43,541 nucleotides of DNA from Candidatus Agathobaculum merdigallinarum (GTDB taxonomy: Bacteria; Bacillota; Clostridia; Oscillospirales; Butyricicoccaceae): NCBI GenBank assembly GCA_019115425.1, contig DXDO01000129.1:1-43541 (forward strand), read 5' to 3'. The position numbers were made by a program, and so were the translations under genes. Numbering within the stretch: the stretch's first letter is position 1; the number at the start of each line of letters is the position of its first letter. This document shows, piece after piece, positions 18,177 through 27,009 of this stretch. A model generated the notes under the pieces. That model saw nothing but the letters and a program-made list of their open reading frames with translations. It was not told the origin of the DNA and did no database searches.

Positions 18177-20630
18177 TCACATGTCCGGGTTCTCATCCGC
18201 AAACACGGTCACGCCCCTGTTTTTGCTGTCCTGCATGAATTCGCGGATCACGCCCGCGATCAGCGAGCGCCAGCGCGCATTGCTGTCCGCCCGCATGGTC
18301 AGGTGGTAGCGGTAGCGCCCCATCACCTTGACCACCTGCGCCGCGGCCGGTCCCAGAACCGGCGCCTTGACATCCGCGTACTGCCCTTCCATCAGGCTTT
18401 GCAGACGGGCTTTAAGCGCGATGAGGCTTTTCAGCACCTGCTGCTCGACCTCGCCCACCGCGGTCAGCACGGTCAGGCCGCGCACCGGCGGACACTGAAG
18501 TGCCTGCCGCGTTTCCAGCTCGCGCTCGAAAAACGCTTCATAATCCTGCCGCGCTGCGGCGAGGATGACCGGATGCGCAGGGCTGTATGTCTGAATGACC
18601 GCTCTGCCCGTGTCAAATCGCCGTCCCGCGCGCCCCACCACCTGCGTAATCAGCGAAAAGGTGCGCTCACGCGCGCGATAGTCCTGCGCGTATAAGCTCT
18701 GGTCCGCGTCCAGCACGCCCGCCAGCGTGACGTTCTCGAAATCCAGCCCCTTGGTCACCATCTGGGTGCCGAGCAGGATATCCGCCCCGCCTTTGGCGAA
18801 CTGCGACAGCAGCTTTTCGTGCGCGCCCTTGGTGTTCATCGTGTCCGCATCCATGCGCAGCACGCGCGCGGACGGGAACTTTTCGTTCAGCTCCTGCTCG
18901 ACCTTCTGCGTGCCCGGTGTTTCGGTAAACAGATGCTCGCCGCCGCACACGGGGCATTTTCCGGTGATCCTGACCGATGCGCCGCAGTAATGGCACATCG
19001 CGCGGCCGGATACCGAGTGATAGGTCATGCTCGTCGAGCACGAGGGACATTCCGGTACCCAGCCGCAGAGCGCGCATCCGATCACGCGGCTGTTTCCGCG
19101 CCGGTTGAGAAACAGGATCGCCTGCTTTCCCTTTTCCAGCGTATCGATCAGCTCGCTTTCCAGCTGCGGGCCGATCACCCCTCCGCGCCCCTCGCGGGCA
19201 AGGCCGCGCATATCGGCGATCTGCACATCCGGCAGGCCGGCGCCAAGAAAGCGTTCGGTCAGCCGAAATACCGGATATTTACCCTGCTTTGCGCCATAAT
19301 ACGTCTCGACCGACGGAGTAGCCGACCCCAGAACGAGCAGAGCGTTCTGCTGGGCAACGCGGTATTTTGCCACGTCGCGCGCATGGTAGCGCGGCGACTG
19401 CTCGGAGCGGTACGCGCCGTCCTGCTCCTCGTCGATAATGAGTATCCCCAGGTTCTGCACCGGCGCGAACACCGCCGAGCGCGTGCCGATGACAACGCGC
19501 GCGCGGCCGGATTTGATCTTTTTGAAGCTGTCGTACCGCTCGCCGGCGGACAGCGCGGAGTGCAGCACCGCGACCTCGCCGCCAAACTGGGCGGCAAACT
19601 GCCGCAGCACCTGTGGGGTCAGCCCGATCTCGGGCACAAGCACGATCGCGCTTTTGCCCTGTTCCAGCGCCCTGGCAATCAGCTTTAAGTAGACCTGTGT
19701 CTTGCCGCTGCCGGTCACGCCGAACAGCAGCGCGGCGCGCGGCGCGTCCTCATCCATCAGCGCGGCAATGCCGTCATAAACCTCCTGCTGCGCCGCGCTC
19801 AGAATCGGCGGCGCGGCCTTTGGCACCTCGGAAAAATCGGGCGTACGCAGGCGCTCTTCGCGGTGCTCGCGCAGAAAGCCCTTTTTGACCATATCGCGCA
19901 GCGCCGCATCCGACACGCCGGTCATATATACAAGCTCCTTCTGGCTCATCCAGCCGCCGTCCGCCAGCAACGAGACCACGTCCATGCGGGCGGGGCTGCG
20001 GCGGCTGATGCGCGCCATTGCTTCGCCCGCCTCCATATCCAGAGAGAGCATCTTTTCGGTTTTATCGTTTGATTTCTGTATGGTATTGCTGTGATAGACG
20101 AGTATCCCCTCGCCCGCGAGCGCATCCAGCAGGCGTGTTACGCTTTTGCCGCCCAGCCGCTGCCGGATATCCGAGACTGCAAGCGTCTGTCCCGGGCGGT
20201 CGAACAAAGCCAGCACCGCGCCCGCCTCGTCCTCCCGCTTTTGCAGCGCGGCAAGGTCGGCATCCGGCGCAAGCGTATAAGTCTCGTTCCGTTTGAACCA
20301 CAGCCCTGCGGGCAGCATCACGCGCACGCAGTCAAAATAGGTGCAGTACAGGCGCTCGCGCATCCATGCGGCGAGTTTGAGCTGCTCGGCCGTTAAAACC
20401 GGCGCATCGTCCAGCACCTCGACGATGGGCTTGAGCTTGTATTCACCGGTATCTTGACGGAACGCCAGTACGACCGCTTCCGCCCGTTTATTGCCAAAGC
20501 CGAACGGCACAAGAACACGGGTGCCAATCTGCACCTGTTCCCGCAGCTCGTCCGGCACACGGTAGGAATATAGCTTGTCGATCGCATAGGTCGCCGCATC
20601 CACAGCGACCGCGCAGATTGGTTCGGTCAA
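18177..20630 (-). CDS. priA: Primosomal protein N' (replication restart helicase)
   Basis: GVTGSGKT, LVPEI, DEEQD, SATPS, four CxxC pairs and GTQMVTKGLDF; TTG start after AAAGGAG; 817 aa. Confidence 0.97.
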   Translation of the reverse strand: MTEPICAVAVDAATYAIDKLYSYRVPDELREQVQIGTRVLVPFGFGNKRAEAVVLAFRQDTGEYKLKPIVEVLDDAPVLTAEQLKLAAWMRERLYCTYFDCVRVMLPAGLWFKRNETYTLAPDADLAALQKREDEAGAVLALFDRPGQTLAVSDIRQRLGGKSVTRLLDALAGEGILVYHSNTIQKSNDKTEKMLSLDMEAGEAMARISRRSPARMDVVSLLADGGWMSQKELVYMTGVSDAALRDMVKKGFLREHREERLRTPDFSEVPKAAPPILSAAQQEVYDGIAALMDEDAPRAALLFGVTGSGKTQVYLKLIARALEQGKSAIVLVPEIGLTPQVLRQFAAQFGGEVAVLHSALSAGERYDSFKKIKSGRARVVIGTRSAVFAPVQNLGILIIDEEQDGAYRSEQSPRYHARDVAKYRVAQQNALLVLGSATPSVETYYGAKQGKYPVFRLTERFLGAGLPDVQIADMRGLAREGRGGVIGPQLESELIDTLEKGKQAILFLNRRGNSRVIGCALCGWVPECPSCSTSMTYHSVSGRAMCHYCGASVRITGKCPVCGGEHLFTETPGTQKVEQELNEKFPSARVLRMDADTMNTKGAHEKLLSQFAKGGADILLGTQMVTKGLDFENVTLAGVLDADQSLYAQDYRARERTFSLITQVVGRAGRRFDTGRAVIQTYSPAHPVILAAARQDYEAFFERELETRQALQCPPVRGLTVLTAVGEVEQQVLKSLIALKARLQSLMEGQYADVKAPVLGPAAAQVVKVMGRYRYHLTMRADSNARWRSLIAGVIREFMQDSKNRGVTVFADENPDM

Positions 20631-20678
20631 AAGCTATACTCCTTTCTCTGTTGATGAAAATTGCTATGCATATAACTC

Positions 20679-20837
20679 CGCGCCGCAGCGCGTATTTAAT
20701 AGAAAATTGCGGTGAACCGCAATTTTCATAAAAACCCGCGACATGTGCGTGGGTTTTTATACAAACCGATACCAAGTGTGCCCACTGGGCGCGCGCAGGT
20801 ATCGGAAATTTTCAATTGAAACTGTAGTTTCAATTGA
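20679..20837 (+). repeat. Multi-hairpin dispersed element, copy B
   Basis: GAAAATTGCGGT-ga-ACCGCAATTTTC, then ATAAAAA-cccgcg-ACATGTG-cgtggg-TTTTTAT, then CCGATACC...GGTATCGG, then TCAATTGAAACT-gt-AGTTTCAATTGA. Confidence 0.85.
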
Positions 20838-22038
20838 GTTGCTCCTGCTGCATCGCCAGCAGGCGGTCGAGAATGATGTCCGCAAGCTCCTCCTTGGGCA
20901 TGAGCGGCGGCGTTTCCCGCCGTCCGTCCGCAAACAGCAGGGTCGCGACATTGGTATCCGTGCCGAAGCCCGCGCCCTTGTCGCGCAGCGAGTTTGCCAC
21001 CAGCATATCGCAATTTTTGCGGCGCAGCTTATCCGCCGCGTTGTCCAGCAAATTCTGTGTTTCCATCGCAAAGCCGCACAGCAGCTGGCCGGGGTGCTTG
21101 CGCCGCCCCAGTTCGGCGAGGATATCCGGATTGCGCGCAAGGGCAACTGACATTTCGCCGTCGCCTTTTTTCATCTTTTCCGGAGCGACCTTTGCCGGAC
21201 GGTAGTCGCCCACCGCGGCCGCTTTAATCACCATGTCCTGCTGATCCGCGCGGGAGATCACCGTGTCGTACATATCGCGCGCGGATACAACATCCACCCG
21301 CTGCACGCCCTCGGGCGTAGCCAGCGCGGTCGGACCGGAGACCAGCGTCACCTCCGCGCCGCGCATCGCCGCGCGCGCCGCGACCGCATAGCCCATTTTC
21401 CCTGTCGAGTGATTGGATAGGAACCGCACCGGATCCATCGCCTCCTGCGTCGGCCCTGCGGTCACCAGCACACGGCGCCCGTGCAGATCCTGCGGGGTGA
21501 GCGCCCGCTCGATCCCCCAGAGCAGCACCGGCGTTTCCGGCAGCTTGCCGCGGCCGGTGTCGCCGCAGGCAAGCCGCCCCGCCGCAGGATCGATGATATG
21601 AAAGCCCCGCTCGCGCAGCGTCTGCAAATTCTGCTGGGTGACCGGATTGTCGTACATGCCGGTATTCATCGCCGGCGCGATCACGACCGGCGCGCGGGTC
21701 GCCAAAAGCGTGGTCGTCACCATATCGTCCGCAATGCCGTGGGCCGCCTTGGCGATGACATTCGCGGTTGCAGGGGCGATCACGAACACATCCGCCGCCT
21801 TGGCAATCGACACATGCTCAACCTCCCACGCGAAGTTGCGGTCGAAGGTATCCACCACCGTGCGATAGCCGGACAGGGTTTCAAACGTCATGGGTGAAAT
21901 AAACTGCGTGGCCGATTCAGTCATCAGCACACGCACCTGCGCGCCGGCATGACGCAGCTTGCTGGTCAGATCCGCAGCCTTATATGCCGCGATGCCGCCC
22001 GTAACGCACAAGACGACTGTTTTCCCCGCAAGACGCAT
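20830..22038 (-). CDS. coaBC: Bifunctional phosphopantothenoylcysteine decarboxylase / phosphopantothenate-cysteine ligase
   Basis: TGGIAAYK, APATAN, PAMN, LACGDTGRG, TAGPT.E..DPVRF.SN.STGKMG and GFAMET; 402 aa. Confidence 0.97.
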   Translation of the reverse strand: MRLAGKTVVLCVTGGIAAYKAADLTSKLRHAGAQVRVLMTESATQFISPMTFETLSGYRTVVDTFDRNFAWEVEHVSIAKAADVFVIAPATANVIAKAAHGIADDMVTTTLLATRAPVVIAPAMNTGMYDNPVTQQNLQTLRERGFHIIDPAAGRLACGDTGRGKLPETPVLLWGIERALTPQDLHGRRVLVTAGPTQEAMDPVRFLSNHSTGKMGYAVAARAAMRGAEVTLVSGPTALATPEGVQRVDVVSARDMYDTVISRADQQDMVIKAAAVGDYRPAKVAPEKMKKGDGEMSVALARNPDILAELGRRKHPGQLLCGFAMETQNLLDNAADKLRRKNCDMLVANSLRDKGAGFGTDTNVATLLFADGRRETPPLMPKEELADIILDRLLAMQQEQLN

Positions 22039-22041
22039 CGC

Positions 22042-22425
22042 TTACCGGTCCTCCTCCGGCACATCGCCGTCGTCCAGCTCGCTGTCTCCAAACTCGTCGA
22101 GGCGGAGATCCTCCTCCTCGGCTTCCGCTCCGTCCTCGGATGAAGTTTCCTCCTCATCCAGATCCAGCGCGTCATCCACATCCACCATCGCGGCAGCGAT
22201 CGGGTTGTTCTGCACGATCACCGGTTCGGTGCGCGGGCCGGGACGGTAAACGATCTCGCCGGCTGCGATCTCGTCGAGCGCCAGCTTGACCGCCTTATCC
22301 GGCAGCTGCTCGCCGGTTTCCTCCGCCTGGTCGGCAATGTCGCGGGCACGCTGCGCCGCCAGATTGACCAGCAGATAGCGATTGCCCACTCGCTTCATGA
22401 GTTCCTGCATGGAAGGTTTCAGCAT
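22042..22425 (-). CDS. rpoZ: RNA polymerase omega subunit with long acidic C-terminal tail
   Basis: MLKPSM..L...VGNRYLLVNLAAQRAR and KAVKLALDEI; lies between gmk and coaBC. Confidence 0.92.
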   Translation of the reverse strand: MLKPSMQELMKRVGNRYLLVNLAAQRARDIADQAEETGEQLPDKAVKLALDEIAAGEIVYRPGPRTEPVIVQNNPIAAAMVDVDDALDLDEEETSSEDGAEAEEEDLRLDEFGDSELDDGDVPEEDR

Positions 22426-22460
22426 TGTAATCAGTTCTCCTTATATTACCCTTAGTATTC

Positions 22461-22696
22461 TTCGATCGAAACTACAGTTTCGATCAAGATGAACGCACCG
22501 CACCAAAGGCGCGGATGCGTCCCAAGCTATGCAAAGTTCCGACACGCGAAACTTTGCGCCGCACTGGTATAAAAACCGTGATACACGGCCCAGGCCGCCT
22601 TCTCTTGGTCTACGACCAATTCACCTTGCGCTCCCGGTTTTTATAAAATTGCGGTATACCGCAATTTTTATTCTATTATACGCTTCGCGCGCAAAA
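22461..22696 (-). repeat. Multi-hairpin dispersed element, copy C (inverted, with nested insert)
   Basis: Reverse complement has the same hairpin order as A/B; shares AAAATTGCGGT..ACCGCAATTTT and GAAACTGTAGTTTC with B, and TTTTATACCAGTGC with A; central loop replaced by about 55 nt of extra structure. Confidence 0.8.
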
Positions 22697-23260
22697 TCAG
22701 TCCCCACGCCGCGCGGCAAAAATGCCCTGTATCTCGCGCACCGCGCGGTCGATCTCATCGTTTACCACGACATAATCGAACTTATCCTGGCTTTTCAGCT
22801 CTTCTTTTGCGGTCTCAAGGCGCTTGCGCACCTTTTCCTCGTCCTCGGTGCCGCGGCCGCGCAGGCGTGCGGCGAGCTCCTCAAAGGACGGCGGCGCGAT
22901 GAACACCATTACCGCGTCCGGACGCTTCTCATGTACCTGCATCGCACCCTGCACCTCGATCTCGAGGATCACGTCATAGCCCTCGGCAAGTTTTTCATTG
23001 ACCGGCGCTTCGAGCGTGCCGTAGTAGTTATCGACATAGCGGGCGTGCTCTAAAAACGCGTTCTGCGCGATTTTTTCCTCAAAATCCGCCTTGGTGAGGA
23101 AGTAATACTGTACGCCGTCAGTCTCGCCCGGGCGCGGCGCGCGCGTGGTCGCGGAGATCGAATAAAAAAGGCGGTTGTCCTGCTCGCGCAGAAGGGAAAG
23201 CAGCGTGCCCTTGCCCGCGCCCGACGGGCCGGTGAACACATACAGGGTTCCTTTAGGCAT
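22697..23260 (-). CDS. gmk: Guanylate kinase
   Basis: [24 protein letters not shown] and NYYGT; start 23260; 187 aa. Confidence 0.97.
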   Translation of the reverse strand: MPKGTLYVFTGPSGAGKGTLLSLLREQDNRLFYSISATTRAPRPGETDGVQYYFLTKADFEEKIAQNAFLEHARYVDNYYGTLEAPVNEKLAEGYDVILEIEVQGAMQVHEKRPDAVMVFIAPPSFEELAARLRGRGTEDEEKVRKRLETAKEELKSQDKFDYVVVNDEIDRAVREIQGIFAARRGD

Positions 23261-23516
23261 CCTCGGTCTCTCCTTCCTCTCCGTCGCCCGCAAAGCGCGC
23301 AGCGACCGTTTCCGGCTGCAAAGCGCTCAGCACCACATGGTCGCTGTCCATAATGAGTACCGCGCGGGTGCGGCGGCCGTAGGTGCCGTCCACCACCATG
23401 CCGCGGTCGCGCGCCTCCTGCACGGTGCGCTTGACCGGCGCGGATTCGGGGCTGACGATTGCGATCAGACGCGACGAGGCCACCATGTTGCCAAAGCCAA
23501 TATTGATGAGTTTCAC
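23253..23516 (-). CDS. remA: DUF370 family regulator RemA
   Basis: [12 protein letters not shown]...[15 protein letters not shown]...TYGRRTRAV...[15 protein letters not shown]; lies between yloC and gmk. Confidence 0.93.
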   Translation of the reverse strand: MKLINIGFGNMVASSRLIAIVSPESAPVKRTVQEARDRGMVVDGTYGRRTRAVLIMDSDHVVLSALQPETVAARFAGDGEEGETEDA

Positions 23517-23536
23517 CCGTGCCGCCCCCTTACAGC

Positions 23537-24412
23537 TTATTCAATATTCTGAATCTGTTCGCGGATCTTTTCGATCTCGCTTTTGATATCCACCACGATG
23601 CGCGCCATATCCACGTCGTTCGCCTTGGAACCGATCGTGTTGGCCTCGCGGTTCATTTCCTGCACCAGAAAATCCAGCTTGCGGCCGACCGGCTGGGTCT
23701 CCTTCAGCATACCGTCCAGCTGGTGCAGATGGCTGCGCAGGCGGACAGTCTCCTCATCGACCGCAGTCTTGTCGGCATAGATCGCCGCCTCGGTCAGGAT
23801 ACGTGTTTCGTCGATGCTGGTATCCGCCAGCACCTCCTGCATACGCGCGCGCAGCTTTTCACGGTACTCCCTGACGCGCTCGGGCGAGCGTTTCTCCACC
23901 TCGCTCACCATGCGCTCGATCGCGGCGCAGCGGCCGCGCACATCCTCGGCAAGCTTTTCGCCCTCGCGCAGGCGCATCTGATCAAAGCCGTCGCAAGCCT
24001 TCCCGAACACATCGGTCACGTCGCGGATCAGCTCATCCGCGTCCTGCTCGATCCGCTCCGATCCCAAAACTTCCGGCATTTTGGCCAGCACGGCGACGGT
24101 CACGTCGTCCCGCAGGCCATAGGTCTCGCTCAGGTCGTGCAGCGCGTCCAGATAGCGCTTTGCCAGTGCGTGGTTGACCGTGACGGCGATATCCCCGCCC
24201 TCCTGCATCTCCACGCTGACGAAAATCTCCACTTTTCCGCGCGCGATACGGGCCGCGGCGGCTTTTTTGACCGCGTCATCCAGAAAACCGTACTGGCGCG
24301 GCGCCTTGACCGTGCAGTCCAGATAGCGATGGTTGACCGCGCGCAGTTCGACCGTGATCGTGCGGCCGTTCAGCTCCTCCCTGGCGCGGCCGTAGCCGGT
24401 CATACTCTTCAT
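23537..24412 (-). CDS. yloC: YicC/YloC family endoribonuclease
   Basis: [36 protein letters not shown] and [11 protein letters not shown]; 291 aa. Confidence 0.95.
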   Translation of the reverse strand: MKSMTGYGRAREELNGRTITVELRAVNHRYLDCTVKAPRQYGFLDDAVKKAAAARIARGKVEIFVSVEMQEGGDIAVTVNHALAKRYLDALHDLSETYGLRDDVTVAVLAKMPEVLGSERIEQDADELIRDVTDVFGKACDGFDQMRLREGEKLAEDVRGRCAAIERMVSEVEKRSPERVREYREKLRARMQEVLADTSIDETRILTEAAIYADKTAVDEETVRLRSHLHQLDGMLKETQPVGRKLDFLVQEMNREANTIGSKANDVDMARIVVDIKSEIEKIREQIQNIE

Positions 24413-24429
24413 GTCATTTCTTCCCCTTT

Positions 24430-24936
24430 TCAATCGGGCGGCAGGCTTCTGCGCAGCAGCGCAATCAGCCGTGACAGCGCCACGTCATACATTAAAAATA
24501 TAACATTGGCCGCGGCCCACAGCGCCACGACCTTGCCCAAGCCGGTGACGGCGAGCTGCGGCATAAACACGAATACCGCCAGCGCGGCGGCGACCACCAG
24601 CACGACGTTGAAATACGCCAGCTTGATACCGGTCTGCATCTGCCGCGGCATACGGCTCTCGATCACAAACTTGACGATCGGGTACAGGCCGCAAAACAGC
24701 ACATAGGCCGCAGCCACACTCTTGCGCGGCGTGACCAGTATACCCAGCAGCGATGCCGCGGCATACAGCAGCACCGCGGTTTTCAGCTGCGCATGCCGCA
24801 AAAGCGGTACAGCCGAGGTGACGCCCGCTACGATACACGCCGCTGGGCCGATATAGGGCGCGGCGCCGCCTACATACAAAAGCGCCACGGCGGCAGCGGC
24901 CAGCAGCCCGCCGCGCGCAATCTCCCTTGCGTTCAT
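24430..24936 (-). CDS. Hypothetical integral membrane protein (about 5 TM)
   Basis: Highly hydrophobic 168 aa with GLYPIVK..IE; starts 1 nt after the J-domain gene stop. Confidence 0.75.
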   Translation of the reverse strand: MNAREIARGGLLAAAAVALLYVGGAAPYIGPAACIVAGVTSAVPLLRHAQLKTAVLLYAAASLLGILVTPRKSVAAAYVLFCGLYPIVKFVIESRMPRQMQTGIKLAYFNVVLVVAAALAVFVFMPQLAVTGLGKVVALWAAANVIFLMYDVALSRLIALLRRSLPPD

Positions 24937-24937
24937 A

Positions 24938-25555
24938 TCAGCAGCCCGCGTTGCAGCAGGAGTTCAGGCAGCAGTTGCAGATCGCCAGCTGCAGGCAGAA
25001 ATCGCACATATTCGTCTCCTGCATGGGACGGTAGCCGCCGTAGCCGCCCGACATGTTCAGATTGTTGAGTGCGGTGCGGTACTCCAGGTTGGACGGGTCC
25101 ATCTGGCACGCCTGCGTATAGGAACGCGCGGCCTCGTCATACCAGCCCTTGCGGTAATACACCGTGCCCATCAGGTAGAACCACTCGGCGTCCCTGCCGT
25201 TCGCGCGCTGCAAAAGCTGCTCGGCCATACCCAGATTTCCCTGATTGATCGCCTGGCGCACCTGACTGTACAATGACGCGTTCGGGCCGGAATAGGCGCG
25301 CTGCTGCGCGCCGCCGTACTGCTGGCCGCCGTATTGCTGCCCGCCCGAAGCGCCGCCTGCGGATTTGCCCGCGCGCTCGTTCATGATCATGTCGTAGGCC
25401 TCGTTGATCTCTTTCATACGGGCTTCCGCGAGATCCGCCAGCGGATTGTTGATATAGTTGTCTGGATGATATTTGCGCGCCAGCTCGCGGTAAGCGCGCT
25501 TGACGTCGTCGTCGCTTGTCTGTGGCGTGACGCCCAGCACCTTATAGGGATCCAT
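24938..25555 (-). CDS. J-domain (DnaJ-type) protein with TPR-like region and Cys-rich C-terminus
   Basis: DPYKVLGV...YRELARKYHPD J domain, G/Q-rich linker, AEWFYLMG...GWYDEA TPR-like helices and CDFC..AICNCCLNSCCNAGC tail. Confidence 0.88.
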   Translation of the reverse strand: MDPYKVLGVTPQTSDDDVKRAYRELARKYHPDNYINNPLADLAEARMKEINEAYDMIMNERAGKSAGGASGGQQYGGQQYGGAQQRAYSGPNASLYSQVRQAINQGNLGMAEQLLQRANGRDAEWFYLMGTVYYRKGWYDEAARSYTQACQMDPSNLEYRTALNNLNMSGGYGGYRPMQETNMCDFCLQLAICNCCLNSCCNAGC

Positions 25556-26426
25556 GTCTGCCCCATCCTCCGTTCGTTTGGTAAGTTCCGTCCAGCACCT
25601 GTCTCGTGACCAGCGGCATACCCAGAAAAATAATATTGCGGATCAGGTCCGCGTCCCGCTTCGCATCCAGCAGGTCGAACGCCATGCAGATGTCCGCGAG
25701 CGACCGCTCCAGCGTGCGCTCGAGCGGTTGTTTGATCTCTGTAATATCCGGTGTGTGCAGTTCATAGCGCAGCACCACCGGATTGTAATTATCCTGCTCC
25801 ATGTCCTCTTTGACGTCCTGCGCAGCATCCAGCAGGTAGACCCAGCGCCCGATGTGGTAAACCATCTGCCGCAGCACGCGCTCGCGCGCGTCCCCCGTTC
25901 TGGGAACGGCCGCCTCGGTCATGCGCGCCGAAGCGTCCGCTGCGCGGTCCATGGACGCACATTTCTCGCGCTCGAGCGTTTGCAGATCGGCAAGCGCCTG
26001 CATCATTTCTGTATCCGCATCCGGCAGACGCGCCCGCGCCTTCTCATAGCCGCGGCGGCCCAGCCGACACAGCACGGCGGCCAGCGCGCGCTTCGGGCCT
26101 TTTTCATCCGCAAGGCTATCGCGAAGTTTGTGATAGGTGAGCAGAACGCTCACATCGGCCGCCAGCTCCAGCGCAGCGTCTGTCTGCGCGCAGGGACGCT
26201 TTGTGACCGGATGCGCATCACACCGTTTTCTGCATGGCGGAGCAGTATCCGGCTCGCCGCAGCCCACAACGAGCGCGAAAAAGGTCATGTCGTAGCTAAG
26301 GAAAAAGGTATAGAACCGGCCGTACCGTGCGCGGATCGCGTGACACAGGCCGCAGTATACCTGTTGGAACCGGTCGGCCTCCTTCACCCGAAGCTCGGGC
26401 TTGACCGGACGGATAAAGCCAAACAT
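25542..26426 (-). CDS. DUF5685 family protein
   Basis: MFGFIRP.KPEL, YCGLC, LSYD.TF, KL.D...DE and GRWVYLLDA..D..ED; overlaps the J-domain gene start. Confidence 0.85.
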   Translation of the reverse strand: MFGFIRPVKPELRVKEADRFQQVYCGLCHAIRARYGRFYTFFLSYDMTFFALVVGCGEPDTAPPCRKRCDAHPVTKRPCAQTDAALELAADVSVLLTYHKLRDSLADEKGPKRALAAVLCRLGRRGYEKARARLPDADTEMMQALADLQTLEREKCASMDRAADASARMTEAAVPRTGDARERVLRQMVYHIGRWVYLLDAAQDVKEDMEQDNYNPVVLRYELHTPDITEIKQPLERTLERSLADICMAFDLLDAKRDADLIRNIIFLGMPLVTRQVLDGTYQTNGGWGRHGSL

Positions 26427-26477
26427 TACATAATCCTTTCACGCCGCACTCGGGACACGGCCTTGCGTATTCAACCT

Positions 26478-26506
26478 ATTTTACCGAACTTTTGCGGATA
26501 ACACAA
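26478..26506 (-). promoter_or_regulatory. Putative SigA promoter at the head of the DUF5685-to-thiN gene run
   Basis: Minus strand TTGTGT-17 nt-TAAAAT in an AT-rich gap. Confidence 0.45.
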
Positions 26507-26545
26507 GGGATAAACGGATAAAATCAGTAAAAATTTACAAAAAGT

Positions 26546-26959
26546 TCAGAGCCTTTTTGTGATTTCATACGGAACCTGATTGCGCACCTTCATCCGGTGG
26601 CTGTACCAGATCGCGCCGAGAATACCTGCGGCGAACAGCACGCCGCCGCCAATCGCTCCCGCTGCCCCGCCTTCAAACAGCAGGCTGGCCAGTGCGTAGC
26701 CGACGAAAAACAGCACGATCGGCAGCACATATACCAGCACCGCAAGGCCGAGCACCTGTCCGGTTTCGCCCTCGATCAGCACGCGCTCGCCGACGCGCGC
26801 GTCCGTTTTATTGCGCGCGGTAACATAGAGCGTTTGCGTTTCCAGACCGCCGCAGCCGCCGCACTTGGCGCAGTCATGTCCGCACGCCGACCGGCGCGTG
26901 ACTTCGATCTCCGCCATGCCGCCCGGCAGCAGTTTTTTTATCGTTCCCTGTTGGGTCAA
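26546..26959 (-). CDS. SoxR-reducing system RseC/MucC family membrane protein
   Basis: SACGHDCAKCGGC Cys cluster, N...A.VG..V, YVLP and two TM helices; TTG start. Confidence 0.85.
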   Translation of the reverse strand: MTQQGTIKKLLPGGMAEIEVTRRSACGHDCAKCGGCGGLETQTLYVTARNKTDARVGERVLIEGETGQVLGLAVLVYVLPIVLFFVGYALASLLFEGGAAGAIGGGVLFAAGILGAIWYSHRMKVRNQVPYEITKRL

Positions 26960-27009
26960 TGGTCTCGCTCCATTCTTTTTTCAGTATTTTTTGCGCCGCA
27001 GCGCACCTA

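Noticed and set aside
17981-22696. Repeats as a CRISPR array or tRNA/rRNA
   Set aside because: Copies are kilobases apart, non-identical, with no repeat-spacer periodicity and no cas genes; no cloverleaf/TTC-loop or rRNA signatures.
22529-23053. 174-aa ORF starting in copy C (contains PRPPSLGLRPIHL)
   Set aside because: Begins inside the repeat and runs antisense to gmk; spurious translation.
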